Shown in pieces: positions 38,254 to 50,800 of a stretch of DNA of 64,000 bases (positions are counted from its first letter, which is position 1; each line of letters starts with the position of its first letter). A program made the translations under genes and the position numbers. The DNA is from Lingula anatina. Its lineage: Eukaryota > Animalia > Brachiopoda. The stretch spans positions 10,238,954-10,302,953 of the forward strand of contig CM120644.1 in NCBI GenBank assembly GCA_051362555.1. Direction: 5' to 3'. The notes under the pieces are model-generated. The model was not told the origin of the DNA and searched no databases. It was given only the letters and a program-made list of their open reading frames with translations.

Positions 38254-39321
38254 TTATTGTCGTGTAATTTGAAAGTAATCCTAGAGATGAATTTGACGGC
38301 AAAGCGGACATATTTCCACGGGGCGATAGTACGCATGCGCAGAAAGCTTATTTTCCGGCAAATTCAATAACGACGTTTGCGACAACCGACTTCGTGGGGG
38401 GTCATTTTATTTTTTGGAGAACGGACGAAAGTCGGTGCGCGTGTAGGATGTCATCCATAAAAATAAAAAAAAATTGTGGACTAATAAAATATTTAATAAT
38501 AACATTTAATAATAACACCTGACCCAAAATGAATACGTAGTTGTAGAAACACCACTGCGTATTAAGGGCTGCTGTAGACTGTAAACAAACGTACCGTTGT
38601 TGCATTTAAGAATATTTTGGAGAGCTTTGCAGTTTTCCTCAATGAATTATTCTTTTACTTATTCTTTTGTATGCTTTTACAATTAAAATTGTAGTATTTT
38701 TTAAATAGAACTTTGACAGTTTTCAAGTAGTCTTAATATTGTACCTGCAAAAGTCGAAGACTTCAAAAATGTCTTAAGATTTTCGAAACACTCGTAAGCC
38801 AGCTTATTCTAAGAAACCAAAGATTTCACCTTGAAACTAACAAACTTTATTGTTCAAGAGGGGCACCTTTTTGTGTCAAATTATTCGTATTATCCTCATT
38901 TAATGTCTTTAGTTAGGCTCCAGTAATATTATACGGTATTTGTCAAAATAATTATAAATGATAGGCAAACTGTAGAAATAAGAGCAAAAATACTCGTTTT
39001 TCTTTCTGGAGATTACTTGTTGAAGAAACTTATCAAAGAAAGTGAAGTTCGAATTCTGATTATTTGTTCGATTCTATAAAGCCGTTCTAACTTCACACAT
39101 GACATTTCCGACAGCATCGCAGTTTAATTCTTATTTTAAACTTTTCCGAAAATTTAGTAAAAAGGAAAATGTATTCATTTTTTCTTGATGGGCTTTGTTG
39201 TCAAAAAGATATGATCAAAGTGTATTACAAATTTTGAATATTGATTTGTGTACACATGTTAGTAAATAGATAATGAATGTCTACCGATCTTGTAACCTGA
39301 TTATTTTTAAAAAGACCAATT

Positions 39322-39562
39322 CTATAAAGACGCTGTTACTTGACAAATGACATTTCCGCTGGCATCGCAGCTTTGGTCTTTCCACTTAACAAGAGGAAAG
39401 TTTTTAGTGTTTATGGCCCCACAGCTCTTAGCGGCATTGGTTGGATCAGTTCCCCCTCCACTTCCATCCCAGTTTATGTATCCTAAAGACGTGCCATCTG
39501 TCCATTGCCAGCTACCGGTGGTGAACTTCTCAAGTCCTATCCAGTGCAGGATTAACGATGAG
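39322..39562 (-). CDS. Gene B terminal exon: CTL2 second half
   Basis: Paralogue of 7589-7829; ends WKDQSCDASGNVICQVTASL*. Confidence 0.83.
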
Positions 39563-39687
39563 CTGCAATGATGTCACAAAAACACAATATTTCAAAAAAG
39601 AACTAAATAGAATATGAAGGGAAAATTCATTCTAAGCACTCTTTATAACTGGCGGAGAGAAACAAATTTAAAACGCATTTCGCTTAC

Positions 39688-39895
39688 CTGGTTGGAATAA
39701 GGCTTTCTGCCTTGTTTTGCTCGTCTTGGTTTAGTATAATGGCAAGAGTGGCCCCCGTCGCTTGTTGTGTACAAAAAGTACTGGCGGCGGCAAAGGTGAT
39801 TCCAGTGTTGCCATTAGGAGTAAAATAATTCAAACATTTTGTACCATCGTTTGTGCTGAACCAAAATTCTGTTCCTGGTGGTCCCAAAATGCATG
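39688..39895 (-). CDS. Gene B exon: CTL2 first half
   Basis: 208 bp, cag acceptor and GTAAGC donor. Confidence 0.83.
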
Positions 39896-40139
39896 CTGCA
39901 AAAAAGGTGAAATACAATAAGCAAACTTACCAACTTACCAATTACTCATTGTAATAAGATCTTCAGGAGAATGAACCCGGTAAAAAAATAAGACAAAGGT
40001 CTCACTTAACCATCTGACCAGCGAAAGTGTTCCAAGAGAAAAACAAATTCCGTATATCGACTAATCAGGTCAACAGTGCGTTGCTTCTCCAATATCTGCA
40101 ATGAAAGGGAGTGTAAACATCCCTAAATTTTTTTCTTAC

Positions 40140-40521
40140 TTCTGATATCATCACAAGTTGTGCCGTCGCCGCTGAAACCAATGTGGCAGGTGCACGTGAA
40201 ACTGCCCACGGTGTTGGTGCATGTGGCATTCTCAGCGCAATCATCTGTGGCTAAGGCACATTCGTCTACATCGGCACACGCTGTGCCGTCGCCGGTGAAA
40301 CCAGCCAGGCAGGTGCAGGTGAAACTGCCCACGGTGTTGGCGCATGTGGCATTCTCAGCGCAATCATCTGTGGCTAGGGCACATTCATCTATATCATCAC
40401 ACGTTGTTCCGTTGCCGGTGAAACCAGCCAGGCAGGTGCAGGTGAAACCGTCCACAGTGTTCGAGCAAGTTGCATTTTCAGCACAAGTATTGGAGAAACA
40501 TTGGTTTTCGAACTGAGTGAC
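40140..40521 (-). CDS. Gene B exon: three EGF domains
   Basis: 382 bp, paralogue of 8335-8716 with open frame and the same splice signals. Confidence 0.78.
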
Positions 40522-40839
40522 CTTAGTTGGATTAAAAAAAAAATCAAATATAATTCAATATTGTGTTTCACATGTTTTTGAAAGTTAACTCCTGAAATTG
40601 GCTACATTAGTGTGCTAAATGTCAGTTTTAGCCAATATTTGTTGATAGTCACTTCCTGTAAAAATTATGAAAAAAATTTCCGACAATTTAGTATTCTCTT
40701 TTTCTAAATGGACGTTGTTGTCAAAAATATGATCAAAGTGCATTACAAATTTAGAATATTGATTTGTGTACACATGTTAGTTAGTAGATAGTGAATGTCA
40801 ACCGATCTTGTAACCTCATTACTTTGAAAAAGACCAATT

Positions 40840-41080
40840 CTATAAAGGCGCTGTTACTTGACAAATGACATTTCCGCTGGCATCGCAGCTTTGGTCTTTC
40901 CACTTAACAAGAGGAAAATTTTTAGTGTTAATGGCCCCACAGCTCTTAGCGGCATTAGTTGGATCAGTTCCCCCTCCACTTCCATCCCAGTTTATGTATC
41001 CTAAAGACGTGCCATCTGTCCATTGCCAGCTACCGGTGGTGAACTTCTCAAGTCCTATCCAGTGCAGTATTAACGATGAG
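40840..41080 (-). CDS. Gene B exon: CTL1 second half (stop at 40840, or internal donor after 40858)
   Basis: Ends ICQ|GTAACA, with read-through VTAPL*. Confidence 0.83.
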
Positions 41081-41202
41081 CTGCAATGATGTCACAAAAC
41101 ACAATATTTAAAAAAAGAACTAAATAGAATATAAAGCGAAATCCATTCTAAGCACTCTTTATAAATGATGGAGAAAAACAAATTTCAAACGCATTTGCTT
41201 AC

Positions 41203-41410
41203 CTGGTTGGAATAAGGCTTTCTGCCTTGTTTTGCTCGTCTTGGTTTAGTATAATGGCAAGAGTGGCCCCCGTCGCTTGTTGTGTACAAAAAGTACTGGC
41301 GGCGGCAAAGGTGATTCCAGTGTTGCCATTAGGAGTAAAATAATTCAAACATTTTGTACCATCGTTTGTGCTGAACCAAAATTCTGTTCCTGGTGGTCCA
41401 ACAATGCAAG
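41203..41410 (-). CDS. Gene B exon: CTL1 first half
   Basis: 208 bp, cag acceptor and GTAAGC donor. Confidence 0.85.
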
Positions 41411-41853
41411 CTGCAAAAAAGGTGAAAAACTACTTGGAAACTTAAAATGATTTCATTATATGAACACAATGTAGCTTCAATACAGTTGAAAAGACAGAAA
41501 AGTATCTCATGGCCACATTTAACCACGCTATTTCCAAAAAACTTTATATCCAGAATTGTTTGGATCATTTCAAGTGCTCATTTGTCAGAATTTCATGAAA
41601 GTAAAAAGTATTTAAGAAACAAGATATTAATTTTATTGTATGAACACAGTGTGACTAAAATGAAGTTAATAAGAATTTCAGTAGTGTTAACACGGAAGAA
41701 AAAAGACAAATGTCAGATTTTACCACCTGACAAAAGAAAAGTTCCATGAGAATAATAAGATTCAAATATCAAATATTCAAGTGTCCAGCAGCTGCAAAGA
41801 AAACGTGTGTAAATATAGCTACAGAAAAAGATAAGTTATTTCAAAAGCCTTAC

Positions 41854-44800
41854 TTCTGATATCATCACAATTTGTGCCGTCGCCGCTGAAACCAACTAGA
41901 CAGGTGCAGGTGAAACTGCCCACGGTGTTGGCGCATGTGGCATTCTCAGCGCAATCATCTGTGGCTAGGGCACATTCGTCTACATCGGCACACGCTGTGC
42001 CGTCGCCGGTGAAACCAGCCAGGCAGGTGCAGGTGAAACTGCCCACGGTGTTGGCGCATGTGGCATTCTCAGCGCAATCATCTGTGGCTAGGGCACATTC
42101 GTCTACATCGGCACACGCTGTGCCGTCGCCGGTGAAACCAGCCAGGCAGGTGCAGGTGAAACTGCCCACGGTGTTGGCGCATGTGGCATTCTCAGCGCAA
42201 TCATCTGTGGCTAGGGCACATTCGTCTACATCGGCACACGCTGTGCCGTCGCCGGTGAAACCAGCCAGGCAGGTGCAGGTGAAACTGCCCACGGTGTTGG
42301 CGCATGTGGCATTCTCAGCGCAATCATCTGTGGCTAGGGCACATTCGTCTACATCGGCACACGCTGTGCCGTCGCCGGTGAAACCAGCCAGGCAGGTGCA
42401 GGTGAAACTGCCCACGGTGTTGGCGCATGTGGCATTCTCAGCGCAATCATCTGTGGCTAGGGCACATTCGTCTACATCGGCACACGCTGTGCCGTCGCCG
42501 GTGAAACCAGCCAGGCAGGTGCAGGTGAAACTGCCCACGGTGTTGGCGCATGTGGCATTCTCAGCGCAATCATCTGTGGCTAGGGCACATTCGTCTACAT
42601 CGGCACACGCTGTGCCGTCGCCGGTGAAACCAGCCAGGCAGGTGCAGGTGAAACTGCCCACGGTGTTGGCGCATGTGGCATTCTCAGCGCAATCATCTGT
42701 GGCTAGGGCACATTCGTCTACATCGGCACACGCTGTGCCGTCGCCGGTGAAACCAGCCAGGCAGGTGCAGGTGAAACTGCCCACGGTGTTGGCGCATGTG
42801 GCATTCTCAGCGCAATCATCTGTGGCTAGGGCACATTCGTCTACATCGGCACACGCTGTGCCGTCGCCGGTGAAACCAGCCAGGCAGGTGCAGGTGAAAC
42901 TGCCCACGGTGTTGGCGCATGTGGCATTCTCAGCGCAATCATCTGTGGCTAGGGCACATTCGTCTACATCGGCACACGCTGTGCCGTCGCCGGTGAAACC
43001 AGCCAGGCAGGTGCAGGTGAAACTGCCCACGGTGTTGGCGCATGTGGCATTCTCAGCGCAATCATCTGTGGCTAGGGCACATTCGTCTACATCGGCACAC
43101 GCTGTGCCGTCGCCGGTGAAACCAGCCAGGCAGGTGCAGGTGAAACTGCCCACGGTGTTGGCGCATGTGGCATTCTCAGCGCAATCATCTGTGGCTAGGG
43201 CACATTCGTCTACATCGGCACACGCTGTGCCGTCGCCGGTGAAACCAGCCAGGCAGGTGCAGGTGAAACTGCCCACGGTGTTGGCGCATGTGGCATTCTC
43301 AGCGCAATCATCTGTGGCTAGGGCACATTCGTCTACATCGGCACACGCTGTGCCGTCGCCGGTGAAACCAGCCAGGCAGGTGCAGGTGAAACTGCCCACG
43401 GTGTTGGCGCATGTGGCATTCTCAGCGCAATCATCTGTGGCTAGGGCACATTCGTCTACATCGGCACACGCTGTGCCGTCGCCGGTGAAACCAGCCAGGC
43501 AGGTGCAGGTGAAACTGCCCACGGTGTTGGCGCATGTGGCATTCTCAGCGCAATCATCTGTGGCTAGGGCACATTCGTCTACATCGGCACACGCTGTGCC
43601 GTCGCCGGTGAAACCAGCCAGGCAGGTGCAGGTGAAACTGCCCACGGTGTTGGCGCATGTGGCATTCTCAGCGCAATCATCTGTGGCTAGGGCACATTCG
43701 TCTACATCGGCACACGCTGTGCCGTCGCCGGTGAAACCAGCCAGGCAGGTGCAGGTGAAACTGCCCACGGTGTTGGCGCATGTGGCATTCTCAGCGCAAT
43801 CATCTGTGGCTAGGGCACATTCGTCTACATCGGCACACGCTGTGCCGTCGCCGGTGAAACCAGCCAGGCAGGTGCAGGTGAAACTGCCCACGGTGTTGGC
43901 GCATGTGGCATTCTCAGCGCAATCATCTGTGGCTAGGGCACATTCGTCTACATCGGCACACGCTGTGCCGTCGCCGGTGAAACCAGCCAGGCAGGTGCAG
44001 GTGAAACTGCCCACGGTGTTGGCGCATGTGGCATTCTCAGCGCAATCATCTGTGGCTAGGGCACATTCGTCTACATCGGCACACGCTGTGCCGTCGCCGG
44101 TGAAACCAGCCAGGCAGGTGCAGGTGAAACTGCCCACGGTGTTGGCGCATGTGGCATTCTCAGCGCAATCATCTGTGGCTAGGGCACATTCGTCTACATC
44201 GGCACACGCTGTGCCGTCGCCGGTGAAACCAGCCAGGCAGGTGCAGGTGAAACTGCCCACGGTGTTGGCGCATGTGGCATTCTCAGCGCAATCATCTGTG
44301 GCTAGGGCACATTCGTCTACATCGGCACACGCTGTGCCGTCGCCGGTGAAACCAGCCAGGCAGGTGCAGGTGAAACTGCCCACGGTGTTGGCGCATGTGG
44401 CATTCTCAGCGCAATCATCTGTGGCTAGGGCACATTCGTCTACATCGGCACACGCTGTGCCGTCGCCGGTGAAACCAGCCAGGCAGGTGCAGGTGAAACT
44501 GCCCACGGTGTTGGCGCATGTGGCATTCTCAGCGCAATCATCTGTGGCTAGGGCACATTCGTCTACATCGGCACACGCTGTGCCGTCGCCGGTGAAACCA
44601 GCCAGGCAGGTGCAGGTGAAACTGCCCACGGTGTTGGCGCATGTGGCATTCTCAGCGCAATCATCTGTGGCTAGGGCACATTCGTCTACATCGGCACACG
44701 CTGTGCCGTCGCCGGTGAAACCAGCCAGGCAGGTGCAGGTGAAACTGCCCACGGTGTTGGCGCATGTGGCATTCTCAGCGCAATCATCTGTGGCTAGGGC

Positions 44801-47800
44801 ACATTCGTCTACATCGGCACACGCTGTGCCGTCGCCGGTGAAACCAGCCAGGCAGGTGCAGGTGAAACTGCCCACGGTGTTGGCGCATGTGGCATTCTCA
44901 GCGCAATCATCTGTGGCTAGGGCACATTCGTCTACATCGGCACACGCTGTGCCGTCGCCGGTGAAACCAGCCAGGCAGGTGCAGGTGAAACTGCCCACGG
45001 TGTTGGCGCATGTGGCATTCTCAGCGCAATCATCTGTGGCTAGGGCACATTCGTCTACATCGGCACACGCTGTGCCGTCGCCGGTGAAACCAGCCAGGCA
45101 GGTGCAGGTGAAACTGCCCACGGTGTTGGCGCATGTGGCATTCTCAGCGCAATCATCTGTGGCTAGGGCACATTCGTCTACATCGGCACACGCTGTGCCG
45201 TCGCCGGTGAAACCAGCCAGGCAGGTGCAGGTGAAACTGCCCACGGTGTTGGCGCATGTGGCATTCTCAGCGCAATCATCTGTGGCTAGGGCACATTCGT
45301 CTACATCGGCACACGCTGTGCCGTCGCCGGTGAAACCAGCCAGGCAGGTGCAGGTGAAACTGCCCACGGTGTTGGCGCATGTGGCATTCTCAGCGCAATC
45401 ATCTGTGGCTAGGGCACATTCGTCTACATCGGCACACGCTGTGCCGTCGCCGGTGAAACCAGCCAGGCAGGTGCAGGTGAAACTGCCCACGGTGTTGGCG
45501 CATGTGGCATTCTCAGCGCAATCATCTGTGGCTAGGGCACATTCGTCTACATCGGCACACGCTGTGCCGTCGCCGGTGAAACCAGCCAGGCAGGTGCAGG
45601 TGAAACTGCCCACGGTGTTGGCGCATGTGGCATTCTCAGCGCAATCATCTGTGGCTAGGGCACATTCGTCTACATCGGCACACGCTGTGCCGTCGCCGGT
45701 GAAACCAGCCAGGCAGGTGCAGGTGAAACTGCCCACGGTGTTGGCGCATGTGGCATTCTCAGCGCAATCATCTGTGGCTAGGGCACATTCGTCTACATCG
45801 GCACACGCTGTGCCGTCGCCGGTGAAACCAGCCAGGCAGGTGCAGGTGAAACTGCCCACGGTGTTGGCGCATGTGGCATTCTCAGCGCAATCATCTGTGG
45901 CTAGGGCACATTCGTCTACATCGGCACACGCTGTGCCGTCGCCGGTGAAACCAGCCAGGCAGGTGCAGGTGAAACTGCCCACGGTGTTGGCGCATGTGGC
46001 ATTCTCAGCGCAATCATCTGTGGCTAGGGCACATTCGTCTACATCGGCACACGCTGTGCCGTCGCCGGTGAAACCAGCCAGGCAGGTGCAGGTGAAACTG
46101 CCCACGGTGTTGGCGCATGTGGCATTCTCAGCGCAATCATCTGTGGCTAGGGCACATTCGTCTACATCGGCACACGCTGTGCCGTCGCCGGTGAAACCAG
46201 CCAGGCAGGTGCAGGTGAAACTGCCCACGGTGTTGGCGCATGTGGCATTCTCAGCGCAATCATCTGTGGCTAGGGCACATTCGTCTACATCGGCACACGC
46301 TGTGCCGTCGCCGGTGAAACCAGCCAGGCAGGTGCAGGTGAAACTGCCCACGGTGTTGGCGCATGTGGCATTCTCAGCGCAATCATCTGTGGCTAGGGCA
46401 CATTCGTCTACATCGGCACACGCTGTGCCGTCGCCGGTGAAACCAGCCAGGCAGGTGCAGGTGAAACTGCCCACGGTGTTGGCGCATGTGGCATTCTCAG
46501 CGCAATCATCTGTGGCTAGGGCACATTCGTCTACATCGGCACACGCTGTGCCGTCGCCGGTGAAACCAGCCAGGCAGGTGCAGGTGAAACTGCCCACGGT
46601 GTTGGCGCATGTGGCATTCTCAGCGCAATCATCTGTGGCTAGGGCACATTCGTCTACATCGGCACACGCTGTGCCGTCGCCGGTGAAACCAGCCAGGCAG
46701 GTGCAGGTGAAACTGCCCACGGTGTTGGCGCATGTGGCATTCTCAGCGCAATCATCTGTGGCTAGGGCACATTCGTCTACATCGGCACACGCTGTGCCGT
46801 CGCCGGTGAAACCAGCCAGGCAGGTGCAGGTGAAACTGCCCACGGTGTTGGCGCATGTGGCATTCTCAGCGCAATCATCTGTGGCTAGGGCACATTCGTC
46901 TACATCGGCACACGCTGTGCCGTCGCCGGTGAAACCAGCCAGGCAGGTGCAGGTGAAACTGCCCACGGTGTTGGCGCATGTGGCATTCTCAGCGCAATCA
47001 TCTGTGGCTAGGGCACATTCGTCTACATCGGCACACGCTGTGCCGTCGCCGGTGAAACCAGCCAGGCAGGTGCAGGTGAAACTGCCCACGGTGTTGGCGC
47101 ATGTGGCATTCTCAGCGCAATCATCTGTGGCTAGGGCACATTCGTCTACATCGGCACACGCTGTGCCGTCGCCGGTGAAACCAGCCAGGCAGGTGCAGGT
47201 GAAACTGCCCACGGTGTTGGCGCATGTGGCATTCTCAGCGCAATCATCTGTGGCTAGGGCACATTCGTCTACATCGGCACACGCTGTGCCGTCGCCGGTG
47301 AAACCAGCCAGGCAGGTGCAGGTGAAACTGCCCACGGTGTTGGCGCATGTGGCATTCTCAGCGCAATCATCTGTGGCTAGGGCACATTCGTCTACATCGG
47401 CACACGCTGTGCCGTCGCCGGTGAAACCAGCCAGGCAGGTGCAGGTGAAACTGCCCACGGTGTTGGCGCATGTGGCATTCTCAGCGCAATCATCTGTGGC
47501 TAGGGCACATTCGTCTACATCGGCACACGCTGTGCCGTCGCCGGTGAAACCAGCCAGGCAGGTGCAGGTGAAACTGCCCACGGTGTTGGCGCATGTGGCA
47601 TTCTCAGCGCAATCATCTGTGGCTAGGGCACATTCGTCTACATCGGCACACGCTGTGCCGTCGCCGGTGAAACCAGCCAGGCAGGTGCAGGTGAAACTGC
47701 CCACGGTGTTGGCGCATGTGGCATTCTCAGCGCAATCATCTGTGGCTAGGGCACATTCGTCTACATCGGCACACGCTGTGCCGTCGCCGGTGAAACCAGC

Positions 47801-50800
47801 CAGGCAGGTGCAGGTGAAACTGCCCACGGTGTTGGCGCATGTGGCATTCTCAGCGCAATCATCTGTGGCTAGGGCACATTCGTCTACATCGGCACACGCT
47901 GTGCCGTCGCCGGTGAAACCAGCCAGGCAGGTGCAGGTGAAACTGCCCACGGTGTTGGCGCATGTGGCATTCTCAGCGCAATCATCTGTGGCTAGGGCAC
48001 ATTCGTCTACATCGGCACACGCTGTGCCGTCGCCGGTGAAACCAGCCAGGCAGGTGCAGGTGAAACTGCCCACGGTGTTGGCGCATGTGGCATTCTCAGC
48101 GCAATCATCTGTGGCTAGGGCACATTCGTCTACATCGGCACACGCTGTGCCGTCGCCGGTGAAACCAGCCAGGCAGGTGCAGGTGAAACTGCCCACGGTG
48201 TTGGCGCATGTGGCATTCTCAGCGCAATCATCTGTGGCTAGGGCACATTCGTCTACATCGGCACACGCTGTGCCGTCGCCGGTGAAACCAGCCAGGCAGG
48301 TGCAGGTGAAACTGCCCACGGTGTTGGCGCATGTGGCATTCTCAGCGCAATCATCTGTGGCTAGGGCACATTCGTCTACATCGGCACACGCTGTGCCGTC
48401 GCCGGTGAAACCAGCCAGGCAGGTGCAGGTGAAACTGCCCACGGTGTTGGCGCATGTGGCATTCTCAGCGCAATCATCTGTGGCTAGGGCACATTCGTCT
48501 ACATCGGCACACGCTGTGCCGTCGCCGGTGAAACCAGCCAGGCAGGTGCAGGTGAAACTGCCCACGGTGTTGGCGCATGTGGCATTCTCAGCGCAATCAT
48601 CTGTGGCTAGGGCACATTCGTCTACATCGGCACACGCTGTGCCGTCGCCGGTGAAACCAGCCAGGCAGGTGCAGGTGAAACTGCCCACGGTGTTGGCGCA
48701 TGTGGCATTCTCAGCGCAATCATCTGTGGCTAGGGCACATTCGTCTACATCGGCACACGCTGTGCCGTCGCCGGTGAAACCAGCCAGGCAGGTGCAGGTG
48801 AAACTGCCCACGGTGTTGGCGCATGTGGCATTCTCAGCGCAATCATCTGTGGCTAGGGCACATTCGTCTACATCGGCACACGCTGTGCCGTCGCCGGTGA
48901 AACCAGCCAGGCAGGTGCAGGTGAAACTGCCCACGGTGTTGGCGCATGTGGCATTCTCAGCGCAATCATCTGTGGCTAGGGCACATTCGTCTACATCGGC
49001 ACACGCTGTGCCGTCGCCGGTGAAACCAGCCAGGCAGGTGCAGGTGAAACTGCCCACGGTGTTGGCGCATGTGGCATTCTCAGCGCAATCATCTGTGGCT
49101 AGGGCACATTCGTCTACATCGGCACACGCTGTGCCGTCGCCGGTGAAACCAGCCAGGCAGGTGCAGGTGAAACTGCCCACGGTGTTGGCGCATGTGGCAT
49201 TCTCAGCGCAATCATCTGTGGCTAGGGCACATTCGTCTACATCGGCACACGCTGTGCCGTCGCCGGTGAAACCAGCCAGGCAGGTGCAGGTGAAACTGCC
49301 CACGGTGTTGGCGCATGTGGCATTCTCAGCGCAATCATCTGTGGCTAGGGCACATTCGTCTACATCGGCACACGCTGTGCCGTCGCCGGTGAAACCAGCC
49401 AGGCAGGTGCAGGTGAAACTGCCCACGGTGTTGGCGCATGTGGCATTCTCAGCGCAATCATCTGTGGCTAGGGCACATTCGTCTACATCGGCACACGCTG
49501 TGCCGTCGCCGGTGAAACCAGCCAGGCAGGTGCAGGTGAAACTGCCCACGGTGTTGGCGCATGTGGCATTCTCAGCGCAATCATCTGTGGCTAGGGCACA
49601 TTCGTCTACATCGGCACACGCTGTGCCGTCGCCGGTGAAACCAGCCAGGCAGGTGCAGGTGAAACTGCCCACGGTGTTGGCGCATGTGGCATTCTCAGCG
49701 CAATCATCTGTGGCTAGGGCACATTCGTCTACATCGGCACACGCTGTGCCGTCGCCGGTGAAACCAGCCAGGCAGGTGCAGGTGAAACTGCCCACGGTGT
49801 TGGCGCATGTGGCATTCTCAGCGCAATCATCTGTGGCTAGGGCACATTCGTCTACATCGGCACACGCTGTGCCGTCGCCGGTGAAACCAGCCAGGCAGGT
49901 GCAGGTGAAACTGCCCACGGTGTTGGCGCATGTGGCATTCTCAGCGCAATCATCTGTGGCTAGGGCACATTCGTCTACATCGGCACACGCTGTGCCGTCG
50001 CCGGTGAAACCAGCCAGGCAGGTGCAGGTGAAACTGCCCACGGTGTTGGCGCATGTGGCATTCTCAGCGCAATCATCTGTGGCTAGGGCACATTCGTCTA
50101 CATCGGCACACGCTGTGCCGTCGCCGGTGAAACCAGCCAGGCAGGTGCAGGTGAAACTGCCCACGGTGTTGGCGCATGTGGCATTCTCAGCGCAATCATC
50201 TGTGGCTAGGGCACATTCGTCTACATCGGCACACGCTGTGCCGTCGCCGGTGAAACCAGCCAGGCAGGTGCAGGTGAAACTGCCCACGGTGTTGGCGCAT
50301 GTGGCATTCTCAGCGCAATCATCTGTGGCTAGGGCACATTCGTCTACATCGGCACACGCTGTGCCGTCGCCGGTGAAACCAGCCAGGCAGGTGCAGGTGA
50401 AACTGCCCACGGTGTTGGCGCATGTGGCATTCTCAGCGCAATCATCTGTGGCTAGGGCACATTCGTCTACATCGGCACACGCTGTGCCGTCGCCGGTGAA
50501 ACCAGCCAGGCAGGTGCAGGTGAAACTGCCCACGGTGTTGGCGCATGTGGCATTCTCAGCGCAATCATCTGTGGCTAGGGCACATTCGTCTACATCGGCA
50601 CACGCTGTGCCGTCGCCGGTGAAACCAGCCAGGCAGGTGCAGGTGAAACTGCCCACGGTGTTGGCGCATGTGGCATTCTCAGCGCAATCATCTGTGGCTA
50701 GGGCACATTCGTCTACATCGGCACACGCTGTGCCGTCGCCGGTGAAACCAGCCAGGCAGGTGCAGGTGAAACTGCCCACGGTGTTGGCGCATGTGGCATT

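Larger units (their letters stand above)
38335..41900 (+). repeat. Segmental duplicate of ~6605-10100 (3' half of the gene, introns included)
   Basis: Colinear high identity from catgc.cagaaagcttattttccggc onward; offset ~31.7 kb; small indels (e.g. extra ~70 bp at ~40005-40075). Confidence 0.95.
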
